A stretch of DNA of 64,000 nucleotides from NCBI RefSeq assembly GCF_006345805.1, contig NC_043005.1:11036001-11100000 (forward strand). Direction: 5' to 3'. Of this stretch, positions 39,605 through 50,493 are shown piece after piece. The translations under genes were made by a program, and so were the position numbers. The DNA is from Octopus sinensis. Lineage: Eukaryota. Each line of letters begins with the position of its first letter. Positions within the stretch are counted from its first letter, which is position 1. The notes beneath the pieces were generated by a model, which worked only from the letters and a program-made list of their open reading frames with translations, had not been told where the DNA came from and ran no database searches.

Positions 39605-39879
39605 GTTTCCTTTATTGTAAGGATTGCCCTGAAAATGATCCTAATGATGAGGGTGATGAGTTGGTGGAAGAAAAAAGAGGAGGAGGCAGAGATGGAGAAG
39701 AACTGTGGTGACATGACAAAGACGATGATCTCACCTATTGAGAGCTAAATCATTGCTCACGATTCAATTCAGTAACCCTAAGAAACCACCTCAAACTCCA
39801 TAACAAATGACCAAACTCGGCTAAGACCTTTCTGCAAGATCTAGATATTTATATTGGCTTCAAGTTTTCCCAGCAATTT

Positions 39880-40262
39880 CGGGGATGGGTATAAGTCTGT
39901 TACATTGATCCGGGGATTCCATTTGTATTTATTTTAAGGACCCCGAAAGGATGAAATACAAAATCGACCTCGGCGGAATTTGAACTCAGAACGCAAAGCA
40001 TTTTGTCCGGCAAGCTAACGATTCTACCAGCTCGCCGACTTAAATTCTATTGGTTCCATTTTTGGCACAAGGCCAGGTATTTTGGGAAAAGAGGCCACGT
40101 CACTTAGATCGACTCCACGATTCAACCGGTACTTATTTTATCGATCTCGAAAGGATGAAAGCAAAGTCGACCTCGGCGGAATTTGAACGTAGAACGTAAA
40201 GATGTTCGAAATGACGTTAGTCACTTTCTCCGGTGAACTAACAAGTCAGGTAACTCGCCACC
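39880..40262 (-). mobile_element. Two adjacent degenerate SINE family A copies
   Basis: Core and head motifs at about 39880-40040 and 40066-40262. Confidence 0.75.
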
Positions 40263-41323
40263 TTGACGCAGGTATTTATATTAGCACCTAATTTAGTCCA
40301 AGAGTGTTTTATAAACATTTTTTAGAATCTATAACAACTAAAATATGTAACATATGACCAATATTTAATCATTATTTTTCTCTAAGTTTTGTATTTCTGT
40401 ATTTCTGTCTGGTGGTGTGTCTGAATTTGTATGTATGCTTGTATGTATAAAATTCTCTGAGCTTGTGTGTGGATGTGTCTTCGCGTGCGTGAATGTGTGT
40501 GTGTATGCGTGAATGTGTGTGCGTGTGTGTGTGGTGTGTGTGTGTGTGTGGCGTGTGTCTGTGCATGTGTGTGTGTGTATGCGTGAATGTGCGTGAATGT
40601 GCGTGTGTGTGTGTGTGTGTGTATGCAATGCATCGGCGGCTTGTTTATGCAGTGCAACCATTGGAAAAGGGATATTAAACCATACCACGAAAAATTAAAT
40701 ATATTTAGAGATGCATCAATTAAAATAAATACAATATGTAAAACCTATTCAAATTTAACAGCTCTTAAGGGAGACGCCGAAATATCATTTTCACATTTAC
40801 AGTTTTGATTCAGATAACAGCAAATCTGCAAAACGAAAGTCATTAAAAATTGTTTTATGAGTAGTCATTCTCTCATTCCACTTATGAAAAAAATAATGTA
40901 AAACAATAAAAATCAACCCGTTTTGAATGTTTTCCTCCATATCAGATTTCAATAATAAGCATTAAAGGAAACAACAACGAGACATATTGGAAACAAATCA
41001 TTGGAAATAACAGTAAATCATACAAAACAGCAAGAAATATATACATATCTATATATATATATATATATAACTATATATGTTATATATATATATAAATATA
41101 TATATATATGTATATAAATATATTATTATATATGTATGATATATTGTATATATGTTAGATATATATATAATATATATATATATGTGTGTGTGTGTGTATA
41201 TATATAATATAATATATATATATATAATGTCCGTCTATGTGCACATGTTTGCATGCATGTTTATACAGGGATATATATATAATATATAAGATAGATAGAT
41301 ATATATACATACGTATATATATA

Positions 41324-41374
<51 letters not shown>

Positions 41375-41588
41375 TCTGTGTGTGTATGTTATATACATAG
41401 ATGCATACACGTGTGTATATGTGTGCGTGCGTGCGTGCGTGTCTGTGTATACATCACTTCGGTTAATTGTGATTGGTTCTAATGAAGCATTAATGGTTTA
41501 TTCTGAATCAAATTTTTTTAGCAATTATTTAACCGCAGATAGAACATGGACATTCATGTTTGTTGAACTGTATGCCTAGTTTTTCATG

Positions 41589-41661
<73 letters not shown>

Positions 41662-41882
41662 GTATATATATGTATGTATATATATATAAAGATATATATG
41701 CACATATCCATGCATACATACACACACACACACAATATATATATATATATATATAATTAAACAATTTAGGAATGGCCTTAATAGGCCATTCATCCACTAG
41801 AAAGAGCAGCCAGAACTCAAACCGCTAAGTAGTAGTAATTCAGAAATTAGGTGAAAATTTAAAAACGTTTACCCTAATTCAT

Positions 41883-41979
41883 CTTTATACGATGCATCGT
41901 TTCGGTGTTTTTAATGGTAAACTAGCTTAATTAAATTAAATTAAGTCAATCTACCATGGGTTACACTTCACCAGTAAAG
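41883..41979 (-). ncRNA. Type I hammerhead ribozyme, copy 1 (core mutated to CUGGUGA)
   Basis: CTTTA-CTGGTGA-A-GTGT...ACAC-C-GAAA-CGATGCATCG-TA-TAAAG. Confidence 0.7.
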
Positions 41980-42353
41980 AAACCGGGAGAGACAGATATA
42001 CACGAGGCGTCTGTATCAATGCCTTCGGAATATCTGTCTTAATATTTTCAAGACCATCGTATTCGCGCCAACTTATCAGCAGTAAATATAAACTGCCGAT
42101 TCAATCTCAGAATTAGTCAGAAAATTATCAATTAATCAATTTAGGGTAGCAAAAAATTCAATAGAAATGTATCGCTACCAGCGGTCTAGTGGGAAAGAGA
42201 AAATAGTCAAAGACTAAATATATAAAATTAAACAATTTAGGAATGGCCTTAATAGGCCATTCGTCCACTAGAAAGAGCAGCCAGAACTCAAACCGCTAAG
42301 TAGTAGTAATTCAGAAATTAGGTGAAAATTTAAAAACGTTTACCCTAATTCAT

Positions 42354-42450
42354 CTTTATACGATGCATCGTTTCGGTGTTTTTAATGGTAAACTAGCTTA
42401 ATTAAATTAAGTTAAGTCAATCTACCATGGGTTACACTTCATCAGTAAAG
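42354..42450 (-). ncRNA. Type I hammerhead ribozyme, copy 2 (canonical core)
   Basis: CTTTA-CTGATGA-A-GTGT(long stem-loop)ACAC-C-GAAA-CGATGCATCG-TA-TAAAG. Confidence 0.82.
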
Positions 42451-42538
42451 AAACCGGGAGAGACAAATATACACGAGGCGTCTGTATCAATGCCTTCGGA
42501 ATATCTGTCTTAAAATTTTCAAGACCATCGTATTCGCG

Positions 42539-42820
42539 TGACCGACCAGCCCATCAGATGTTGTTACACATCGCTGGTCACAATGCGTTCGCATTGTTTT
42601 AGCCTTCGAATGACGCCACCCCGCTGGCTAAGCAAGCAGGCCAACAGAAGAAAGAGTGAGAGAAAGTGTGATGAAGGAGTACAGCAGAGATCACCACCCC
42701 CTGCCGGAGCCTCGTGGAGCTTTTGTTTAGGTGTTTTCGCTCAATAAACACTCACAACGCCCGGTCTAGGAATCGAAACCGCGAGTCCGCTGCCCTAACC
42801 ACTGGGCCATTGCGCCTCCA
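42539..42820 (-). mobile_element. SINE with family C head and an alternative 3' tail
   Basis: Family C head; tail ...GTGACCAGCGATGTGTAACAACATCTGATGGGCTGGTCGGTC, also seen at about 44545-44600. Confidence 0.8.
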
Positions 42821-43384
42821 CCATATATATATATATATATATAGGATAATAAAACGAATGGTTTACACCTGGTAGCTCACAGTGATCATTACATATATGG
42901 CGATTTTCTATGGCGACTGATGGAGGATAAAACGAAGTACAGCATAACTTGGTCCATAGTAAGACACGCGAAACCATAAAATATAATTTCCATGAGATGC
43001 CGTCTCTGCTCCGGGGAATCCCTGTCTATTTTGTGGACTAACAAGAAGATCATTAATAGAATTTCTGAACGACTCTCGAGATGCCTACACGCATATAAAT
43101 GTACTTTCGCACAATGCAATGGGAATGAAGTTTGAATAACCATTAACATAATTTAATTTACTTTAAGTTATGGATGACCTAAGTTTATTTTTAACCACCC
43201 CGTTCTTACAAACACCAAGTAGATAGTTAACTCGCTTTGTGATCATGAGTGCACCAAACCTCACGTATGCGTTTGCTCACATTTCGTGGATGCTCGCCCG
43301 AGGTCGTTTGTACATCCATATTTTTAAACGGTTATTTTTAATAATTTTCTCGCAGTAATGCGTGTTCGTTTCTCCCCCACCCCA

Positions 43385-44200
43385 TCTGTTATTTTATTTT
43401 CCCTCCGTCTGGCTGTTTTTTCTTTCTGCAAAGCGAGAAGTTACATTGCGGAACTGTTATTTTAACGAGTTGTAACTGGGCTTCATGTACCTTTGCATGT
43501 CGTTTAAGTCCTCCTGCCGAATTACACTCTCTTCCACATGCCCGACAGATATGATTAGTTTGGTGTGTTACACCACCACCAGTGGCCAGGTTGTCACTCA
43601 TCTGTCTCGCTTTATGACTACGAAGATGACTCTTGAGCCCAGCTTTACTGAGGCAGGGTCTTGCACAGACATTGCATGTCAGAATCAAAGGAAGACCCTT
43701 CCCTTCTGGAAGTGTAACAGCGATGCTCTTCCTGACATCCCTCCTTACTTTCTCATGTGCAACTCAAGATTTCTCAAACGTGGCTATCCCCTCATGCACA
43801 ATCCTTCTCCACCTGCTACGATCAATAGCTATACCTTCCCATGTGTCAGGAGAGATGCAAGCATCTCTTAAGGAAGCCTTCAGCAAGTCCTTATACCTCT
43901 TTTTTGGTTTAGGTGGAGGTCGTTCTCCTTTAGCTAACTCTCCATAAAAGAGTTGTTTTGGCATCCTTGAATCCTCCATTCTGACCAGATGACCACTCCA
44001 TCTGAGCCTTTGCTTTAACACGAGAGCTTCTATACATACACACCGAAAGCCTTCGAGTATTTCAAGATCACTGATGCGGTCCTTCCACTTAATGCTATAG
44101 ATCCGTCTGAGGCACATCTGATGGAAACGTTCCAGATGTTTAAGGTGGTATCGATATGTGACCCACGTCTCGCAGGCATAAAAATTTCTGAAAAGCTGCG
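43385..44200 (-). mobile_element. RTE-BovB-like LINE 3' fragment with C-terminal C2H2 zinc fingers
   Basis: YACETWVTYRYHLKHLERFHQMCLRR...QRLRWSGHLVRMEDSRMPKQLFYGEL...RYKD; CNVCARPCLSKAGLKSHLRSH; CRACGRECNSAGGLKRHAKVH. Confidence 0.9.
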
Positions 44201-44292
44201 AAGGCTATTATAAAAAAAAATCAAAAAGCCTTGAATGTCTTCCTGAATAACTGAATATATGTATATATAAGTATACATACATACAAACATAT

Positions 44293-44373
<81 letters not shown>

Positions 44374-44620
44374 CAAACGACAGGATTTTTTAGTTTCCTC
44401 CTATCAGATCCACTCACGAGCCTTTGATCGGCCCGAGATTATAGTAGATTATAGTAGGTGCCAGGCAGTGGGACTGAACGCGGAAGCATGTGGTTGGAAG
44501 CTGCTTACAAACAGGCAACCCATGCGCCTATATATATATATATACATCACCGTGCCCGACCAGGCTATCAGATGTTGCTACACATCGCTGGTCACAATGC
44601 GATATATATATATATATATA

Positions 44621-44735
44621 CAGTGTACACTTAAACACATAAGAGGTGACCATCATAGGACACTTGCCCCCTATTATTTGCTAGGTGTCCTATGATTGTC
44701 ACCTCTTATGTGCTTATGTGTTTAAATGTACACTA
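44621..44735. mobile_element. Hairpin MITE, Tc1/mariner-like
   Basis: TA|CAGTGTACACTTAAACACATAAGAGGTGAC, with the inverted counterpart GTCACCTCTTATGTG..TTTAAATGTACACT. Confidence 0.6.
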
Positions 44736-44876
44736 CATTTATATGAATAATATATAGTCTATTGACTAATTTTCTACATGCTAGGCCAGGTAGTAAAGAA
44801 TTTAAGAATTTCTAAAATGTTTTCCTACCCTGGATTATTAATAATTATATATATATTATATATATATATATTATAT

Positions 44877-44931
<55 letters not shown>

Positions 44932-44934
<3 letters not shown>

Positions 44935-45116
44935 GTAATATGCTTTATTTAAAGCAGCAGAAAATCAACAAAACCTGTTACTCCGAGTTCCCGTTGCCGT
45001 TCATCGGACAGTTTTTGCTAGAATTCTAGCAAAAACTGTCCGATGAACGGCAACGGGAAACTCAGAGTAACAGGTTTTGTTGAATTTCTGCTGCTTTAAA
45101 TAAAGCATATTACTCT
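44932..45116. repeat. 185-bp near-perfect palindrome centred on GAATTC (45021-45026)
   Basis: Arms differ by two substitutions and one indel. Confidence 0.95.
45036..45073 (+). ncRNA. Minimal hammerhead-like motif with variant core CCGAUGA (mirror copy on the minus strand in the left arm)
   Basis: CTGT-CCGATGA-ACG(GCAA)CGG-GAAA-CTCAGAG-TA-ACAG. Confidence 0.6.
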
Positions 45117-45177
45117 ACCACCGGTATTTGAGTACTCTTTTTTCCACCTTGTTTCACATTTATGTGTTTTTCTCCGG

Positions 45178-45234
<57 letters not shown>

Positions 45235-45441
45235 TAAATAGAGACAAAACCACTATTAGGAAAATCAAACAATGAAAAACTTAAGCCAATACATAAGATA
45301 TTTAATTTATTATTATTAAATATATAACAAATTATTAAAAAATATAAATTAATATCACACTACGATCGTTTCATGGCTGCTAACTTCTTCAAATTTTCAA
45401 GTCACAGTCATTCATCAGGTGGTTTAAATATTTATCTTGGC

Positions 45442-45510
<69 letters not shown>

Positions 45511-46007
45511 ATGTATGTATGTATGTGTGTGTGTATATACACGTAGGAAACAAAATTATAAACAAAAATATACGGGAAGGAGAATATATACGTCTAACTA
45601 CTCTAGTCTTTGTAACATTTTGTCTCTTTTCTTTTGTACCAACCTTTGTTTGGTAGATTTTCCTCTGTACAATGTTTTCCTCGAACATCTGTTGGAATCA
45701 ATCAACAGGAAACTGCAATCATAAATGTACCCCGACCCAACGCTGTGCATTGTTTGCTTGTTCATATTTTGATGGAATCATTCACCATTTTTTCTTACGA
45801 TTCTTAAAAAATTTTCGTGAACAAATATTCTACTCAAAAGTAAGCTAAGGACTTGTACCATACATACATTATATTATTTATAAATATAATTATATATATA
45901 ATTATATATATATATATGATTATATACATACATACATACATACATACATACATACATACATACATACATACATACATACCAACATGCATACATACATACA
46001 TACATAC

Positions 46008-46290
46008 ATGATGATGATGATGATGGCCGTCCACTCGTGACCGAGGAAGACTATTATTGACCTTCAGGAACATAGTGTGCTGTAGGACTAACTTATATTT
46101 TGCATTTGCGGCTCCGTTGGTGGCTAATCAGTCCTGCTCTTGACAAGCATACACGACTGCAAACATTGCAGACCAAGCTTTTCCCCATTCACTATACGAG
46201 CCGTGCGCTTTCGCGCAGCTCGCTTAAGTTCTTCATGCTGGATACGTGCTCTCTCAAAAGTGTCGATCTCCTCCTTAACCTGCTTCCTCC
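46008..46290 (-). mobile_element. RTE-BovB-like LINE extreme 3' end with (CAT)n tail
   Basis: RWRKQVKEEIDTFERARIQHEELKRAARK; degenerate zinc finger; GGACGGCCATCATCATC tail. Confidence 0.75.
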
Positions 46291-46312
46291 ATCTGTGACA
46301 TACATACATACA

Positions 46313-46340
<28 letters not shown>

Positions 46341-46343
<3 letters not shown>

Positions 46344-46571
46344 TTCTTTACTACTCACAGGGGGCTAAACACAGAGGGGACAAACAAGAACAGACACACG
46401 GATTAAGTCGATTACATTGACCCCAGTGCGTAACTGGTAATTATTTAATCGACCCTGAAAAGATGAAAGACAAAGTCGACCTCAGCGGAATTTGAACTCA
46501 GAACGTAACGGCAGACGAAATACGGCTACGCATTTCGTCCGGCGTGCTTACGGTTCTGCCAGCTCGCCGCC
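46341..46571 (-). mobile_element. SINE family A
   Basis: Full monomer with tail type 1. Confidence 0.9.
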
Positions 46572-47095
46572 TTAATACATACATACATACATACATACAT
46601 ACATACATACATACATTCATACATACTTACTTACACACACACACACACGTGTGTGTGTGTGTGTGTGTGTGTGTATGCGTGCGTGCGTGTTTGTGTGTAA
46701 AGGCTATGGTCTGCGAAAGCGAAATAGCAAGATACAAGTGAGATTTATTTGGATAATTTACCCATTATTTCGATAAAGTCCCTTTTTTGTTACATTTTGT
46801 CAGTAGTGTATCCAAAACAAATAATACTGTGAAGCTATATCTCGCCTCCGTAAAAGCATCCCATAAAAATCTCAAAGAACTTGGCCGTTATATATGTACT
46901 AGAACTGGGATCCCGTTAATTTGAAATCTGTGATTGTGGTGAATGCATCACCGAAATTAATTTCCTTTTTTTACTAAAAGAGGTTTACGTATTAAAAAAC
47001 AGAACTGTATAATTACGAACTGCTTCAGTTTTTGAATTGTACGTCATGCACACTATGGGATTAGTCATATAATATTAGCATTCATTAGATCTTGT

Positions 47096-47316
47096 GGCGG
47101 CGAGCTGGCAGAGACGTTAGCGCGCCGGGCGAAATGCGTAGCCGTATTTCGTTCTGAGTTCAAATTCCGCCGAGGTCGACTTTGCCTTTCATCCTTTCGG
47201 GGTCGATAAATTAAGTACTAGTTACGCACTGTGGTCGATGTAATCGACTTAATCCGTTTGTCTGTCCTTGTTTGTCCCCTCTATGTTTAGCCCCTTGTGG
47301 GTAATAAAGAAACATA
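47096..47316 (+). mobile_element. SINE family A
   Basis: Full monomer with tail type 1. Confidence 0.9.
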
Positions 47317-47318
47317 TA

Positions 47319-47551
47319 CAGGGTTGGCCAAAAGTCACCTGAGAGTAAATCAAAACCATTTAATTCCAAGATTTATTTATGTTTAACAACTGAATGAATT
47401 TAATAAAAGCATCTAAATATGAAACATCATGAAAGTTGTTCAAACTAAAGTCCTTCTTGGGCGACACATTTTCCCATTCGAGTCAATACAGAATTACAGA
47501 TAGTAAATATGGAATTTTGAACTACTGTCGAGTGAATTTTGGCCAACCCTG
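47319..47551. mobile_element. Tc1/mariner-type MITE (233 bp)
   Basis: TA|CAGGGTTGGCCAAAAGTCAC ... GTGAATTTTGGCCAACCCTG|TA. Confidence 0.9.
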
Positions 47552-47857
47552 TACTTTTAGTAATCTCCGGAAGGGGGATTAATACGTCGGGATTTAGGGT
47601 CAGCCAAAAAGTTTACAATGTGCTCCTTTAACTAGATATAAAGAGAATGAGCTGTGAAGCATGCTAATTTATCATCTCTAAAAAAATGAAGGTAAATCTT
47701 TTGCATCATCAATTAGATTGTGCATTTAAATTTGTTATTTAATGTTTTATGACGCTATTCTCTCTATATGTCCCGTATGAGAGTGTATAAATATCTACAT
47801 ACATACATACATACATGCATATATACATACGTACATACACACATGCATACATACATA

Positions 47858-49159
47858 TTAGGTCGTCAAGTAGGAAATTTGTAGTAAGGTATATGGTGAA
47901 CTTTGACAGCTGCTCATTTTGCGCCATTATTATATTTTGACAATCTTTATTTTTTACTTGAAAGCTGACATCTATTTCTTTCTTCTAACTCGTTTTGCAC
48001 TTTATAAAGTATTTATAAATCGTTTTTTGCTATTTTTGTTTAGAAATGGATAAGATGGATAATTCACAGTTTTGAAATGTGAGTTTTTCTTGGAAATACA
48101 GCATTACAGACAGCTCGCAATATTAGTAGAGTATTTCATTCTAATGTTATTGCACAGCAGACAGTATTAAATGAGTTTGACCTCACAAATGAGCAACGCG
48201 GTCGACCAGAAACAAAGGTGGATAATGAACTGAAAGCCACCGTCGAGTCAGATCCGTCTGAAAGTGCCTGTGAATTATATGGAATTTTGAAGTACTGTCG
48301 AGTGAATTTTGGCCAACCCTGTAATATTGGCCAACCCAAACAATATTGACTCACCTAGTTCAAATCGGTAAAGTGACAAATTTGTATAAGTGAGTTCCAC
48401 ATGAACTCAATGAAAAAAATGAAATAGCAACGTTTGGAAGCATGCATTATGCTACTTTCTCGTCACAAAAATGGCTAATTTTTAATCGAATTGTGACATG
48501 TAATGAGAAATGGACCCGATACAACAACCGTAAATGTTCAGTACAATGGATGGACAAAGACTAGCCACCAAAACACAGTACAAAAAGCAGAATTCAGCAA
48601 AAGAAGCTCGTGGTGCGTATTTGGGGGTTTGGTGCAGGTGTGATCCATTATTATTTCATTAAACCTGAATCATCAATCACGGCCGCAGTATACTGCAACC
48701 ACTTGGACAAAAGATGCAGAAACTTACCAAAAACAAAACAAAACAAAAAAGCCCAGGTTAGTCAACAGATCTACTCCTATTTTATTGCAAGACAACGCCA
48801 GACCTCATATCGCAAAAATGATATTGGCGAAACTTCAGGAGTTGGAGTCGGAAGTTCTCCACTACCAACCATACTCACCTGATCTTGTCCCCACTGACAA
48901 CCACTTATTACTGAATTTGGATAAGTTTTTGATAGGTAAAAAATTTAATTCCGATGATGCTGCAAAACAGACATTCCAAGATTTTATTGACTCTAGATTG
49001 TTAGGCTTTTACAGTTCCGCGATGGACAAGCTACCACTGAGATGGCAAAAGTGTATTGGCAATATGGGTGCATACTTTGATGAATAAAACTATTCCTTGT
49101 ATTTATAAAACTTTAGCAAACGTTTTTTTTTTCTATAAATTTCAAAGTTGACGACCTGA
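47858..49159 (+). mobile_element. Full-length decayed mariner transposon (about 1.3 kb)
   Basis: TA-flanked TIRs TTAGGTCGTCAAGTAGGAAATT / AATTTCAAAGTTGACGACCTGA. Confidence 0.9.
48046..49087 (+). pseudogene. Mariner transposase pseudogene
   Basis: *VPHEL (WVPHEL motif), QDNARPH, YSPDLVPTD, RWQKCIGNMGAYFDE*; stops and frameshifts. Confidence 0.92.
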
Positions 49160-49588
49160 TAAATACCGAAACTGTAACGACAATGTGGAACTTGAGGAGG
49201 CAGCGAATGACCTGTCCTTGTTTTCTCTTGTCCGTCTTCGCATCGCCTATCTGCCCGGATGTTCTCTTGTTGTCTGTCGCGTTCTTGTTCCATTTTTTTG
49301 TGTGTGTTATACTTAGATATATGTGTATGAGCATGTGTGTTTATACATTTTATTTTATTTTTGTTTTTTGAAATTAGATTATTCATCTTTAAATATGAGA
49401 ACTTAAATACTAGGTTTCTTTATATTCAATTGTTTATAGAGGTTAATTTAGTTCTTGATTATATATAGATTATATATAGATTAATATATATATATATATA
49501 TATTTTCATTGATAAATTTATATTATTTATAGTTTTAGTCATTTTAAATTTATATCTTAAAAATATTGATTATTTTTAGATCTGAAAT

Positions 49589-49634
49589 CCACCTGATGAA
49601 TGTCCTGAGAAGAGACATGAAACAATTGTAGTGG
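49589..49634 (+). ncRNA. Minimal type I hammerhead ribozyme with intact core (in pLTR-like segment about 49520-49810)
   Basis: CCAC-CTGATGA-ATGTC(CTGAGAAGA)GACAT-GAAA-CAATTG-TA-GTGG. Confidence 0.85.
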
Positions 49635-49829
49635 CGAATATAATTTTATTTAATTTATATTAAAATTTTTTATGTATTGGATTAAGTCTTTCTTTGTTTG
49701 ATTTGCAAATAGTGGTTTTGTCTCTAATTAATATTATATAATATTTTACTATAAAATTGGTTCAATCCTAAATCTGATTTTCCCTGTAAATTTGGATTTA
49801 TTCCCTAATATTTATTATTATATTATGTA

Positions 49830-50055
49830 CGCGGCAGACCGTTAGCGCGCCGAGCGAAATGCTTAGCGTATTTCGTCCTGTCTTACGTTCTGAGTTCAAA
49901 TTCCGCCGAGGTCGACTTTGCCTTTCATCCTTTCGGGGTCGATAAATAAAGTAATACCAGTTTCGCACTGGGGTCGATGTAATCGACTTAATCCCTTTGT
50001 CTGTCCTTGTTTGTCACCTCTATGTTTAGCCCCTTGTGGGCAATAAAGAAATATA
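49830..50055 (+). mobile_element. SINE family A
   Basis: B-box, core and tail type 1. Confidence 0.88.
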
Positions 50056-50071
50056 TTTATATACATATATA

Positions 50072-50493
50072 GGCGCAGGAGTGGCTATGTGGTAAGTAGC
50101 TTGCTTACTTACCACATGGTTCCGGGTTCAGTCCCACTGCGTGGCATCTTGGGCAAGTGTCTTCTACTATAGCCCCGGGACAACCAATGCCTTGTGAGTG
50201 AATTTGGTAGACGGAAACTGAAAGAAGCCTGTCGTATATATGTATATATGTGTATGTATGTATGTATGTATGTATGCATGTGTGTGTATATATGTTTGTG
50301 TGTCTGTGTTTGTCCCACTAGCATTGCTTGACAACCGATGCTGGTGTGTTTACGTTCCCGTCACTTAGCGGTTCGGCAAAAGAGACCGATAGAATAAGTA
50401 CTGGGCTTACAAAGAATAAGTCCCGGGGTCGATTTGCTCGACTAAAGGCGGTGCTCCAGCATGGACGCAGTCAAATGACTGAAACAAGTAAAA
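50072..50493 (+). mobile_element. SINE family B
   Basis: Full head, body and tail. Confidence 0.92.

Larger units (their letters stand above)
41755..42538 (-). repeat. 471-bp tandem repeat (about 1.66 copies), one type I HHR per unit; retrozyme- or pLTR-like
   Basis: ACAATTTAGGAATGGCC at 41761 and 42232; second copy truncated by the SINE at 42539. Confidence 0.92.
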
